This document shows positions 11,443 through 22,008 of a stretch of DNA of 64,000 nt, in pieces. The notes beneath the pieces are model-generated. The model was not told the DNA's origin. It worked only from the letters and a program-made list of their open reading frames with translations, and did not search any database. Source of the DNA: an uncultured virus (IMG/VR IMGVR_UViG_3300011885_000055) (lineage: Duplodnaviria > Heunggongvirae > Uroviricota > Caudoviricetes). Location: IMG/VR virus record IMGVR_UViG_3300011885_000055. One strand, 5' to 3'. Position 1 is the stretch's first letter. Every line of letters starts with the position of its first letter. A program made the translations under genes and the position numbers.

Positions 11443-14400
11443 CTAGACACTCAACCTGCCATTAATCTGGTCAATAGCACCAATAATACGTTTTGCAACA
11501 TCGAGCTTACCATCAAATAAATGCATAACATTGCCACGCTTGTTAAATGGATGTTCATTGAGTACTCGTTTATCCAAACTACCGTTTTTAATCATATAAT
11601 TGACCACTAGTTTTACAAACTCCATTTGATTCAAATTAAGACTTTTGTCAGATAAAAACTCTGAAAAAACTTCATTGGCTGCTTGTGAGTCTAATCCTAC
11701 AATTTTACTCACCAGTTTGAGCAGTGGCTCATCACCAAATTCTTTTTCATAGTCTTCTCTTGTACCAAGTTCCTGCCAAAGAATCTTTTCAAAATACTTG
11801 ATATCATCTTCTATTAAAGGCTTGTTGTTTCTAAGTTTATAGATCACCATGTCATTCTGGTGGTCCATTAAGTACTTATTGACCTTTTTACGATAACTCT
11901 GCATGTCATTGACTGAATATTCACCAGGGTTTTCTTTTGTCTCCATAATCTCATCAGTGAAATTGGTATAGTAAATTTCGCCCGACTTGCTATCTAGGTA
12001 TTTGATTAAGTCTCTTAATGCTTCGCGCACTTCTTCATGGTCAAAAATATCTGCTTCTTCCCAATATTCATTGGTCTGAACTTTATAGATCAGTTCTTCC
12101 TGCTGTCTGACCTTCTCAATGGTGCCTTTAAATGTGAGTTTTTCTGCTGTATTTACAACACGATTCTTAGGCTTTGAAGCTGGTATACGCTTGATATCAG
12201 CATATTCAATGGTATACATCAAATAATCAAATCGCTTAGCTAGTTCGTCATCATCAATGGCTGGTACAAGTGGAGCAACGTGTTCTTCAAGGTCTCTAAC
12301 ATCAGCATCTGATAGACTTTCAAATGCACCTTCTTGATTGAACTTATGAATGAACTGAAGTTTCATTCTTGCATTGAACTTACTCTCATCAATGCCCTTT
12401 ATTTCCTTCAAGATACCTGCGATCAGAGCATTTCTATGTTCAATGTATTCCTCAGTCTGATAATCCATAATTTGTAGCCCTTTAATGATGCCAATACGGA
12501 TATTGAAAAGATTCTCAGTCAGTGATTTCATCATCTTAGCTTCTTTACCGTTTTTATTGGTTCTAAAGAACTCAAAATTGCCACAGTAATCAAAGATTCT
12601 AAAGCCTTCTTTATCCATTCCAACACCATATAAATCTTCACATAATCTGGTTCCACGACCTATCATCTGCCAAAACTTAGTCTTCGAACGTACCTTTTTG
12701 AAGAAAACAAGATTCAAAATCTCAGGAATATCAATACCAGTATCCAGCATATCCACAGACACAGCTATTTGTGGTAGCTTCGTTTTTACTTCAAAGTCGT
12801 CCATAGTACTTTCCACATAATTGATACCAGTATAAACAGGTTTAGCAAAGTTACCATGATATTCCGGGTAAAGGCTATTAAAACGTTCTACGATAAAATC
12901 TGCATGTTTTTTATTTTTAGCAAAGATGATGGTTTTGCCCAGCTTGTCGCCACCTTCAACTTTCAATCCTTTTGTCATAAGCTCTTGAAGGACTGTATCT
13001 ATAGTGTTGTCATTAAACAGGAATGAATTTAAAGCTTCCCCGCTGATATCTTTCACATCATCATCAAATGTTTCTTCAAACTGTTCTTTTTCTTCATCTG
13101 TCAGATCATCATAATGAATACCTTCTTCTAGGAATTTCATCTTAGTTTCTATGGTATGATAAGGCACCAAATAACCATCTTCAATAGCTTCACCTAACTC
13201 ATATGCATAAGTAGGTACATTATTTTCAAGTTCAAAAATAGAGTAGGTATTTTTATCAAGGTCATTCTTTGGCGTAGCTGTAAGTCCTAATAAAATGGCA
13301 TCAAAGTAATTGAAAATATCCTGATACTTTTTATAAATACTTCGGTGACTTTCATCAATAATAATCAGGTCAAAGTGACCGCTGGTAAAAAGCTTTTCAC
13401 TTCGTTTGTTCTTTACATCATCAATGGCATTCATCATGGTTGGATAAGTTGAAAATACCATTCTACTTTCAGGGTTATCCTTACTGTCTAATAAGTTACA
13501 AAGAGACAGTTCCGGTAACAGTGCCTTAAAATTTTTCTTTGCCTGTTTTACTAATGCTGTACGATCAGCAAGGAAAAGAATGTTTTTAACCCATCCTCTT
13601 TTAATCAGTACATCTACGGTTGATATAGCTGTCCTTGTCTTGCCTGAACCTGTTGCCATCACAAGTAGCGCTTTACGATTGCCTTTTTCAAGGGTATCAC
13701 ACACCGCTGTAATTGCCATTTTTTGATAATGACGGTTGGTGATGTCATCATCTATAACAGGATCTTTCAAAGATGATTTATTTTCTCGTTTAAAATGGAG
13801 CCATTCAAGCTCTTCTTTCGTGTAAATACCTGATACTAAGCGTTCTGGATAACTGGCATCGTCCCATAAATAATATTCAAAACCATTTGTATAGAAAATT
13901 ACTGGTCTGACCTTATACTGTTTTTCTAAACAATCTGCATAGCGTTGTGCTTGAATCTGCCCAACACGGGGATTTACACTGGTTTTCTTGGCTTCAATAA
14001 CTGCCAGGGGTTTGCCATTATCACCAAAAAGGACATAATCTACATAACCTAAACCTGCTTGATTAGGCATACCTTCCACTTCAACTTCTTCAAGACAATC
14101 CTTGCCGATAATCCAACCGTTAAGCTCAATTTCTAAATCAATGTACATCTTCCGTGTCTTGAATTCAGAAATCTCATCAACCTTGAAATCACGATTTTTC
14201 TTATTATCAACACGTTTTGCTGCATTAGCACGTCTTAATGCTTCATTTTCCTTAATAATTTCTTCAAGTTTACAGTCTTTTGAACCAAGACGCTCATATA
14301 AGTCTTTCAGTTCATCTCTGGTTTTTCTTTCTTTTTCATTCTCCCCAAGTAGGCTTTCATCAAAAGTAATCTCTTCATATTCATCCGAATAACAATAATC

Positions 14401-14766
14401 AATCCAAGAAACAAATTCAAAGAGATTGTGAAGGGCAAGTACTGCTTGGTCTCTTGAAATTGGCGTTGCTGAATGCACTGCTTTGTTACCAAGCTTTTGA
14501 ATGTAGGTAATCATGGGAAAAAGCTTGGTATCAATAATGCCTTTAAAACGGTAATCGTGAATTAAAGAAGCAAGGTTATCCTGATACGGTGCATCTAACT
14601 CATGGTCATAAGAAAACACCCACTTAACAGCCAATTCTAAGGCTCTACGTGCAAGTATGGCTGTACTGGCATAGGAAACCACCAAGCTCTTTTCAGCTTC
14701 TATACAGGCGTATGTAAAGTCCTTATATTTTTCTTCTTTTTTTAGGAAATCAAAGTTATAGCACAT
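11443..14766 (-). CDS. hsdR: Type I restriction subunit R (EcoAI/EcoEI-like, N-terminal DUF4145)
   Basis: VDYVL...VIEAKK nuclease motif, MATGSGKT Walker A, IIDESH, LTATP, SVDMLDTGID, QMIGRGTR; uninterrupted 1107 aa. Confidence 0.93.
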   Translation of the reverse strand: MCYNFDFLKKEEKYKDFTYACIEAEKSLVVSYASTAILARRALELAVKWVFSYDHELDAPYQDNLASLIHDYRFKGIIDTKLFPMITYIQKLGNKAVHSATPISRDQAVLALHNLFEFVSWIDYCYSDEYEEITFDESLLGENEKERKTRDELKDLYERLGSKDCKLEEIIKENEALRRANAAKRVDNKKNRDFKVDEISEFKTRKMYIDLEIELNGWIIGKDCLEEVEVEGMPNQAGLGYVDYVLFGDNGKPLAVIEAKKTSVNPRVGQIQAQRYADCLEKQYKVRPVIFYTNGFEYYLWDDASYPERLVSGIYTKEELEWLHFKRENKSSLKDPVIDDDITNRHYQKMAITAVCDTLEKGNRKALLVMATGSGKTRTAISTVDVLIKRGWVKNILFLADRTALVKQAKKNFKALLPELSLCNLLDSKDNPESRMVFSTYPTMMNAIDDVKNKRSEKLFTSGHFDLIIIDESHRSIYKKYQDIFNYFDAILLGLTATPKNDLDKNTYSIFELENNVPTYAYELGEAIEDGYLVPYHTIETKMKFLEEGIHYDDLTDEEKEQFEETFDDDVKDISGEALNSFLFNDNTIDTVLQELMTKGLKVEGGDKLGKTIIFAKNKKHADFIVERFNSLYPEYHGNFAKPVYTGINYVESTMDDFEVKTKLPQIAVSVDMLDTGIDIPEILNLVFFKKVRSKTKFWQMIGRGTRLCEDLYGVGMDKEGFRIFDYCGNFEFFRTNKNGKEAKMMKSLTENLFNIRIGIIKGLQIMDYQTEEYIEHRNALIAGILKEIKGIDESKFNARMKLQFIHKFNQEGAFESLSDADVRDLEEHVAPLVPAIDDDELAKRFDYLMYTIEYADIKRIPASKPKNRVVNTAEKLTFKGTIEKVRQQEELIYKVQTNEYWEEADIFDHEEVREALRDLIKYLDSKSGEIYYTNFTDEIMETKENPGEYSVNDMQSYRKKVNKYLMDHQNDMVIYKLRNNKPLIEDDIKYFEKILWQELGTREDYEKEFGDEPLLKLVSKIVGLDSQAANEVFSEFLSDKSLNLNQMEFVKLVVNYMIKNGSLDKRVLNEHPFNKRGNVMHLFDGKLDVAKRIIGAIDQINGRLSV

Positions 14767-14789
14767 GGTATTCCCCCTTTTGGTTTATT

Positions 14790-17700
14790 CTATTTATTTG
14801 TAATATATTTCAAAACATTTTCATATTCTGAATTTCTTAATCTTCTTGCTCCTTCATTAAACTCATATTTAACGCCAATATTTGTTTTGAACAAATTTGC
14901 TTCTGAACGATTAAGGTATAATTGCAAGGCATCTAATTCCTTATATAAATAATCATTTTTAATTTTCATCCATTTACACATAAAGTTACATTCTGAACAG
15001 GTACCGTTACTACCAATATCAATATCAAAATATGGTTTTAGTTCACCATCATCGTTACCACTTATTGAAAAATTTAGTTTACAGTTTTGGCTACTTTGTG
15101 TTCCAATCAAGTGCTTTACATCAAGATGAATGACAAAACTCACGTTTTCAATAATTGAACCAGGTCCGATCCAACTATGATTATCTTCCTTTTCTTTTCT
15201 GTCTTCAGCATCATAATTCACCTGAATATCTACATTTGAAATCGCCTTATGTGATAACCAATGAAAGCGTGTTGTAGCCGACATGCTGTTCTGACTATTA
15301 TCTAGAATAGCATTACTAATTCTATTAGATGACATATCTAATAGGTCTCCTATTCTTAGCAGAATCTTAATGTATTTTTCACTTACAATGCTTTCTTTAG
15401 CATTCGACTTGATTTTGTAAATTTCATCCACATCATAACCGTGTGCTTGGCTTATCTCGGCAACAATATCTTTCACTACATCTTCCACAAAATCGAAGTC
15501 ATTACTTTTTCTAATAAACCTCGCACTTTGTTTAGGATGATTGTTTCTTACATACCCCTCATAATATTGATCTAATTTTCCAAAAAAGTCTACTAATAAT
15601 TTCTTAATTGGCTGCTCTTGTATATAATCAATAGCCACTGTTGCTATCTTTCCTTGCCCATCTTTTTCTATTAAACTTTTTAAATTTCGCTTGAACTCAG
15701 AGTAAATTATATTTGATTCCTTATTATCTTTAATAAAGCTTTCCATTAAGTTCGGGTGCAGAACCATTGAAATATCATGTAAATAGCAACTAATAAAGAG
15801 AATATAGTAATCTCTCCTTGATATCTGGAAATAATTCACACTCTTCATAAACATGATAATTGATCTTATTAACTCTATAGCATGCTCTTGATTATGAAGT
15901 GTATAAAAGTGTAAGTATTTCGAACCATTCTTCCAGATATCACTTGTGTATTTGTGTACCATGATCAGATTATCGACATATACTGGATCTTGGACGAACT
16001 TTTCAAAGTAATCAATAACTTCAAACAAGGTATAATCTAGTACTTCGCTATTTCTGTAATCCTTAAACTTTGAATAGAAATTTTCTAATCTAAACTTTCT
16101 ATTTCTTAAAAAAAGTAAAACTCTTGCCTCATTGTAGTATATTGGCTTATTATTTCTTTTTGCCAAATACTTTAGATCATTTGCATCAATTGAAACAACC
16201 TCTGAAAAATATGTATTCATTAACATTCGATAAAGCTCATCAGTTTGCAATTTAATTAAATTGTACCGATTATTCAATGGTTCAATGAGTCCACTTTCAT
16301 TAATCACATTAATTATTGTGCAGTGCTCTTTGTTCTTATCTTGTCTAATCCCATTTTTAAAAACACTAAAAAACAGTTCAACAGCTTCTCTTATTCTCAG
16401 CTCTTTTTCTTGTTTACTTGACTTAGATATATTCCATACATTATCTCTTACGACTTTCAAAATACTGTCATATCTCGAAATGTCAGTTTCAATCTGTATC
16501 TTTCTTCTACGAGTCAGGCTCATACATATTTTATGAAAATAAGCTATTGTAAGTTCTTCACCATTTTGATTCCATTTATATGACTGAGTGTAAGTTTCTG
16601 TATTAAACTCATTAACAATTTTCTCAGCCTTCCCCCAGAAAATTGGACTATTCGCAAAGAAAAATCGAAACTCATTTAGCAGTATATCTTCATCATAAGC
16701 GTCAAAGAAACGTTTGAATTTTTCTTTATTTGTACTTCCGCTTTCAACCTTAAAGTTAGACAGTAATTCATTGATATCATTATCGTTAATATCATTACTT
16801 CTACTAAATTCCAACCTTCTTTGTCGGTACTTAAAAAACTTCTTGAATCTTAGAAGCACCTTAGTATAGTTAGAAGTATCTTCTTCTGGGTCAATCTTTC
16901 TTATCCTATTTATTTCATTTTCAACAGCTTGATAAATTGCTTCCAATTTTTTGGATAAGTTAATTTCTTCAGTATCAGAAAATATTTTACTCAAGTCATA
17001 AGAAGCCATTGACGCCAACTTGCTATAAGCATTCAAGTTAGCTTGTCCATATTTTGGATCTTGAATTTCTAATGCAGTACTTTTTTCACTTGCAGCATTA
17101 TGTACCTTAATCAAATAGTCAAATCTATCCAATATTTCAACAAACGCTTGTAAACTTGTTCCTTCAACCTCTCTCTTATACTCTTCAAGTTTACTCATAT
17201 ATTTATTACTCAACTCTTCAAGTTGCTTGTTAACGTCATTTATTTTTTCTGCCAGCTCACCTTCATCATTCAAATTATTAGTGTATATTACTGAGTCATC
17301 AACATAATAGAAAGCTTTACCATCTTCACCAGCAATAACTTTTTGAAAGATATCTGCAACCTTAACCATACAAATATTCCCGAAAAAATATGCATGAGGC
17401 AACCCTTGTGGTATTCCTTTCGTCCATACCTCACCATTTAAGAAATCAATATTACTACAGTCATAATACATTTTTTTGAAATCGTCTGACCTTAAATTAG
17501 AAATTTTGAACACCAACAGCTTAGATAATATTGTCTTAATACATTGAATGTCATTTGCATCATCATATTTTACAGAGTACTTGCTCATTATTTCATCATA
17601 AATAATTGCAGGATTTATTGAAGGAAAAAAATTCTTCAAGTCAAGGGTTACCTCAAACCTATATTCCTTCGTCTTGGTATACTCGTAGTAAGAACTCGTA

Positions 17701-18209
17701 ATAACATCGGTGTATTCTTTAAACTGATAATGCCAAGGCTTAAACAAATGCTCCGGTCTATCTGATGGAATATTACCATAAAAATTTGAAGGCAACGTTC
17801 TTGCAAGTTCTGTGAGTTCAATAGTTTTATCATCTTTTCCAATTTCAATTAAAAGAGTATTTAATAAAACAACACTTGCAATTAATGTATTTAAAGAGGC
17901 TGAATGAAGAGGTCTTGACTCAAGTTGATCTGTTTCTTTGTCAACCTTTTTAGGTCTGAAATAAACTTGTGCTTCAAAAAATTTACCATTGATAAGCACA
18001 TCATCAATTAAAGCTCTAACATTTTCGATGGTTTCATCAATGATTTTATGATTAAAGGGATCTCTTAGTTTCAACATCAAAGTATAGTCATCTTCATCAA
18101 GCAAGTCCTTTTCAAAAACATAACTCTCTAAAGAATAGATTGCCTTATATATAAAATCCTTTTCAGTGATCCTCTTGTATATATTACTACTTAGTAATTC
18201 GATCGCCAT
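14790..18209 (-). CDS. Reverse transcriptase fused to a C-terminal HD (HD-CE-like) phosphohydrolase; candidate defence-associated UG/Abi-type RT
   Basis: RT motifs YFRPKK, FYGN, LDLKNFFPSI, GIPQG, YYVDD (17295-17306); helical middle region; C-terminal YTLHNQEHA, YLHDISM (HD at 15774-15779), NNHP, AHG, RIGDLLDM. Confidence 0.85.
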   Translation of the reverse strand: MAIELLSSNIYKRITEKDFIYKAIYSLESYVFEKDLLDEDDYTLMLKLRDPFNHKIIDETIENVRALIDDVLINGKFFEAQVYFRPKKVDKETDQLESRPLHSASLNTLIASVVLLNTLLIEIGKDDKTIELTELARTLPSNFYGNIPSDRPEHLFKPWHYQFKEYTDVITSSYYEYTKTKEYRFEVTLDLKNFFPSINPAIIYDEIMSKYSVKYDDANDIQCIKTILSKLLVFKISNLRSDDFKKMYYDCSNIDFLNGEVWTKGIPQGLPHAYFFGNICMVKVADIFQKVIAGEDGKAFYYVDDSVIYTNNLNDEGELAEKINDVNKQLEELSNKYMSKLEEYKREVEGTSLQAFVEILDRFDYLIKVHNAASEKSTALEIQDPKYGQANLNAYSKLASMASYDLSKIFSDTEEINLSKKLEAIYQAVENEINRIRKIDPEEDTSNYTKVLLRFKKFFKYRQRRLEFSRSNDINDNDINELLSNFKVESGSTNKEKFKRFFDAYDEDILLNEFRFFFANSPIFWGKAEKIVNEFNTETYTQSYKWNQNGEELTIAYFHKICMSLTRRRKIQIETDISRYDSILKVVRDNVWNISKSSKQEKELRIREAVELFFSVFKNGIRQDKNKEHCTIINVINESGLIEPLNNRYNLIKLQTDELYRMLMNTYFSEVVSIDANDLKYLAKRNNKPIYYNEARVLLFLRNRKFRLENFYSKFKDYRNSEVLDYTLFEVIDYFEKFVQDPVYVDNLIMVHKYTSDIWKNGSKYLHFYTLHNQEHAIELIRSIIMFMKSVNYFQISRRDYYILFISCYLHDISMVLHPNLMESFIKDNKESNIIYSEFKRNLKSLIEKDGQGKIATVAIDYIQEQPIKKLLVDFFGKLDQYYEGYVRNNHPKQSARFIRKSNDFDFVEDVVKDIVAEISQAHGYDVDEIYKIKSNAKESIVSEKYIKILLRIGDLLDMSSNRISNAILDNSQNSMSATTRFHWLSHKAISNVDIQVNYDAEDRKEKEDNHSWIGPGSIIENVSFVIHLDVKHLIGTQSSQNCKLNFSISGNDDGELKPYFDIDIGSNGTCSECNFMCKWMKIKNDYLYKELDALQLYLNRSEANLFKTNIGVKYEFNEGARRLRNSEYENVLKYITNK

Positions 18210-18212
18210 ACA

Positions 18213-18761
18213 CTAATCCCCCAATCTGTCTATAAAAAATCGAATCGAATCAGTCAGGAATTTTATTAATTTCAAATTATCATCTGATACTAGATAATCT
18301 GAAAAAATACTTCCCTGACCATTATTAAATTGGCACTTTACATAAGTTTTATTGTTATCGACAGAATTAAGCTTTGGTATTTCACTGATTGTTCTTATCC
18401 ATTCACCAGTGCTATCTTCATAAGTATTATCAAATCTTAATTCCCAAGTATCATCAATCTGAATATTGAACTGACACTTTATACCATTGGGAATATGAAT
18501 TTTTTGAACTTCATTCAACATTTTATCTCTAAAGTCAACTTTTAAATTATATTTCTCAACATTAATCCAAAATTCAGGAATCATGTCTTTCAAATATGTT
18601 TCATTGTACTTATAGTCAGGATTTGTCAAATATATATAAGTTGCAAACAATTCAAGCAACCCATCTTTTTGAGGAGTCTTCTTGTGTTTACTCAGCTCTT
18701 TTAGCTCATTGATACACTTTAATCTATATTCTTTATCTCCCATAAAATCACCTCGTATCAT
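18213..18761 (-). CDS. Hypothetical protein between hsdS and the RT-HD gene
   Basis: 182-aa ORF, 3 nt from the RT start and 5 nt from the hsdS stop; likely start ATG 18743. Confidence 0.6.
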   Translation of the reverse strand: MIRGDFMGDKEYRLKCINELKELSKHKKTPQKDGLLELFATYIYLTNPDYKYNETYLKDMIPEFWINVEKYNLKVDFRDKMLNEVQKIHIPNGIKCQFNIQIDDTWELRFDNTYEDSTGEWIRTISEIPKLNSVDNNKTYVKCQFNNGQGSIFSDYLVSDDNLKLIKFLTDSIRFFIDRLGD

Positions 18762-18766
18762 TCAAA

Positions 18767-19927
18767 TTATAATCCATTACCGAATGACTTTTTCATCATA
18801 CTATGATAGTTGTTTTCTAACTCAGTTAAAGATGTATTAAGCAGTTTTCTTTCAGCTTCAATCATATCAATGACTTTACAAAAGTTCTTTTGGATATAGA
18901 GTTCAGGTAAAGGTATGTCTAAATCTCTTAGAATTTTCAGATTAATATTTTTTTGTGCTGACTCAGGAGCGTTAGCCTCAATAATCTTTTGTAAAAATCC
19001 AAACCATATTTGAACATACATTGATTCAACATTTTCATTTGGAATAAATGCAACAATACTATCTGGAAAACATGCATCAAATCCTAATATAGATGTTTTT
19101 GCAATATTTGCTGCAATAGTAACGCATAGAGTTCCCTTATCCCAAATTTTACTTTGTTGTAATCCTAGTTCAGAATAAGTTTGACTATAGTCATAAATAT
19201 ATAAGCCTGCATTGGCAATATCTCCAGTTTGAACAAGTGGATACTTTCCACCTAATAGTTCAGGGGCATTCCTAGGTCTATGCTTCGATTTTCCCCTCTC
19301 TAATGAACCTATTTCACCTAACTTCTTAACTTCCCACCCTTTAGGATTCGTCACCGGATCTCCAAACATCTCATAAAACACCGACTTAATCAACTCGTCC
19401 ATCAGCCGGATTTGCTCTTTTCTTGCATCAATAAGCCCCTGAGCCTTGTCCAAAACTTCAACGATTTTCTTTTGTGTTTCGAGAGGGGGGACTGGGATTA
19501 ATACATCTTTCAAAAATACTGTACTTAAATTCTTTTGTGCAATTCCATTAGAATTTTCAATACATATGTTTTCAAACTTATCACTATTTAAATAATAAAA
19601 CAAATATTTATAATAAATGTACTGGTTCTTTAGCCTAAGACATGCTACACGCTGATTTAGTGCGGCAGGCAGCAAAGATTTATCCATAATCCCTACTCTT
19701 CCAACGTTACCTGTCAAAGACATTAGAATATCATTTTCAAACAACTCATACTTTTTTAAATCCTCCATATCTTTATCACTGTAATATTGAGGAGCTTCAT
19801 CAACAATAACTCCTTTTTGCACATTAGTTATTCTAATTACTCTGTATCCCTTATTTGTGTATTTAGAACTTTTAAATGCATATCCATTTAATATGTCACA
19901 AATTTTTCCCAGTTTTAAATACTTCAT
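18767..19927 (-). CDS. hsdS: Type I specificity subunit S
   Basis: Two TRDs separated by IPVPPLETQKKIVEVLDKA...FYEMFGDPVTNPKGWE. Confidence 0.92.
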   Translation of the reverse strand: MKYLKLGKICDILNGYAFKSSKYTNKGYRVIRITNVQKGVIVDEAPQYYSDKDMEDLKKYELFENDILMSLTGNVGRVGIMDKSLLPAALNQRVACLRLKNQYIYYKYLFYYLNSDKFENICIENSNGIAQKNLSTVFLKDVLIPVPPLETQKKIVEVLDKAQGLIDARKEQIRLMDELIKSVFYEMFGDPVTNPKGWEVKKLGEIGSLERGKSKHRPRNAPELLGGKYPLVQTGDIANAGLYIYDYSQTYSELGLQQSKIWDKGTLCVTIAANIAKTSILGFDACFPDSIVAFIPNENVESMYVQIWFGFLQKIIEANAPESAQKNINLKILRDLDIPLPELYIQKNFCKVIDMIEAERKLLNTSLTELENNYHSMMKKSFGNGL

Positions 19928-19930
19928 TAC

Positions 19931-21394
19931 CTACACCATCCTCTCAATGTCATTAAGACCATCAAGAATCTGCTGTTCTAGTTCTTTGATTCTTTGAATA
20001 ATCACCTTTGATGCTTCATATTCCACTTCATCGTATTCAATTTCTTTATATCGATTGATAGATAAGTCATAACCATTATTTACAATTTCCTCTTTAGGAA
20101 CAAAGAAAGACTTCTCTGTACGCTTTCTACCCTTTTCATTTTCAAGATTATGATAACGACTGATAATATCAGGAATATCGTTCTCTTCAACTTGTTGGCG
20201 CTTATCGTCAAGGGATAGACCGTCTGCCTGCATATCATAGAACCAGACATTATTTGTGCCACCTGCACCAGTTTTAGTAAATATCATAATAGCAGTAGAA
20301 ACCCCAGCATAAGGTTTGAACACACCACTTGGCATTGAAATAATGGCTTGTAATTGATGGTTTTCTACAATCTCTTTACGAATAGACTTATGGGCATTTG
20401 AGCTACCGAATAGCACACCATCTGGTACGATGGAAGCACATCTACCACCTTTTTTGAGTGTTCTTAAAAACAAGGCTAAAAACAATAGCTCTGTCTTCTT
20501 AGTTTTAGTCACTTTCAATAAATCTGCCGATACACTGTCATAATCTAGTGAGCCTTTAAAGGGTGGATTTGCAAGAACGAGTGTATATTTTTCTCTATCT
20601 TTATTGGTTTCTGATAGAGAATCTCTATATTCGATATTCGGTCTATCAACACCGTGAAGCATCATGTTCATAGCACCGATACGAAGCATAGTTCTATCCA
20701 TGTCATTACCAAAGAACATATCCTTATGATAATGGTCTTTCAGTTCTTTAATAGTGAACATATCCTCATTATTTCGCTTTAAATACTCACCTGCCTCAAC
20801 AAGGAATCCTGCTGAACCAGCTGCTGGGTCTACAATAATATCCGTTGGAGTTGGTTGCATCAAGTCCACCATCATTTTAATGATGTGTCTTGGTGTTCTA
20901 AACTGTCCATTGGTTCCTGCTGTTGCTACTTTAGAAAGTAAATACTCGTATAAATCCCCTTTTGTATCATCCGTTGTGTTGCCTTCTTTAACTGGTAGTC
21001 CATCAATATTTGTAACAATCTTTTCTAGCATCTGTGGTGTTGGAATCATAAAGATGGCATCATCCATGTATTTGGTAAAAGCCGAATCCTTATCGCCATG
21101 CATGGTTTTGATGAATGGAAACACCTTTTTAGAAACTGTTTCATACATCCCTGTAGCACTCATTTGTTTGAATTTATGCCATCTTAGGTTTTGCTGATCG
21201 TCATTGAATATCTTGTTGAAGTCTGTACCGACAAACTCAGCCATTTTTTCTTCTTCTTTTTGCTTATCATCCAGTCCCTTTATAAATAAAAGATAGGTAA
21301 ACTGCTCGATAACAGACAGTGGATTGGTAATCCCACCGGTCCAGAATATCTCCCAAATTTTATCTACCTTACTTCTTAATTCACCTGTAATCAC
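19931..21394 (-). CDS. hsdM: Type I methyltransferase M
   Basis: GQFRTPRHII, DPAAGSAGFL, LANPPF, FKPYAGV; start GTG 21394 after GGAGG. Confidence 0.93.
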   Translation of the reverse strand: MITGELRSKVDKIWEIFWTGGITNPLSVIEQFTYLLFIKGLDDKQKEEEKMAEFVGTDFNKIFNDDQQNLRWHKFKQMSATGMYETVSKKVFPFIKTMHGDKDSAFTKYMDDAIFMIPTPQMLEKIVTNIDGLPVKEGNTTDDTKGDLYEYLLSKVATAGTNGQFRTPRHIIKMMVDLMQPTPTDIIVDPAAGSAGFLVEAGEYLKRNNEDMFTIKELKDHYHKDMFFGNDMDRTMLRIGAMNMMLHGVDRPNIEYRDSLSETNKDREKYTLVLANPPFKGSLDYDSVSADLLKVTKTKKTELLFLALFLRTLKKGGRCASIVPDGVLFGSSNAHKSIRKEIVENHQLQAIISMPSGVFKPYAGVSTAIMIFTKTGAGGTNNVWFYDMQADGLSLDDKRQQVEENDIPDIISRYHNLENEKGRKRTEKSFFVPKEEIVNNGYDLSINRYKEIEYDEVEYEASKVIIQRIKELEQQILDGLNDIERMV

Positions 21395-21424
21395 TATTGT
21401 TCCTCCCATAGTCTTTCATCTAAT

Positions 21425-21635
21425 TTAATAATCCAGTAAATGCTTGATCAGTTCTTCTTCTAGTCCCTTCGTTTTACAAAAATCATAAAGAGCTTTCTCG
21501 CTATTCTATTGGGACTGTTCTTACCATTTTCCAGCGGTTCACCGTGGCAAAGCTCACTTGAAGCTCTTTTGACAGTTGTTCTTGACTCATATTCAGATTA
21601 CTTCTAATTTCTTTAACTATTTGAGCAAATTCCAC
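21425..21635 (-). pseudogene. XRE-family HTH regulator (controller-like) with frameshifts
   Basis: GGAGG RBS, GTG start, EFAQIVKEIRSNLNMSQEQLSKELQVSFATVNRW, then continuity needs two frame changes to reach ...LYDFCKTKGLEEELIKHLLDY. Confidence 0.7.
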
Positions 21636-22008
21636 TTTATACGCCTCCAGCTCGTCACTTTATATTATAACAAATGTTATAATATATTCATACAATAATT
21701 TGAAAATTATCCCAAAGAAAAATCCACCGATATTACACCAGTGGATTCATATTTTTATTCAATTTCTTATGTCCCTACATTTCACATCCAAAAGCCAAGT
21801 CTAACGACAATCTCGTCTTTCAGTTCCTTATTTCTATAATTTACAATATCTTTCCTAAACATCAAATCTTGGTTTTAAGCGGTATATGGGCGAATACTAT
21901 TAGTCTTTTTTTGTATAGTGTTACTATAGTCTCCATATGTGTGTAGACAAGCTATCTATACTAATATACAAAAATATTAAGGCTATACCCCCTACGACTC
22001 TTTTGAAA

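Noticed and set aside
14790..18209. Group II intron, retron or DGR reverse transcriptase
   Set aside because: No room for a flanking structured RNA, no maturase/HNH tail, no VTG retron motif, no GNxxSQ DGR motif, no avd gene or TR/VR pair seen.
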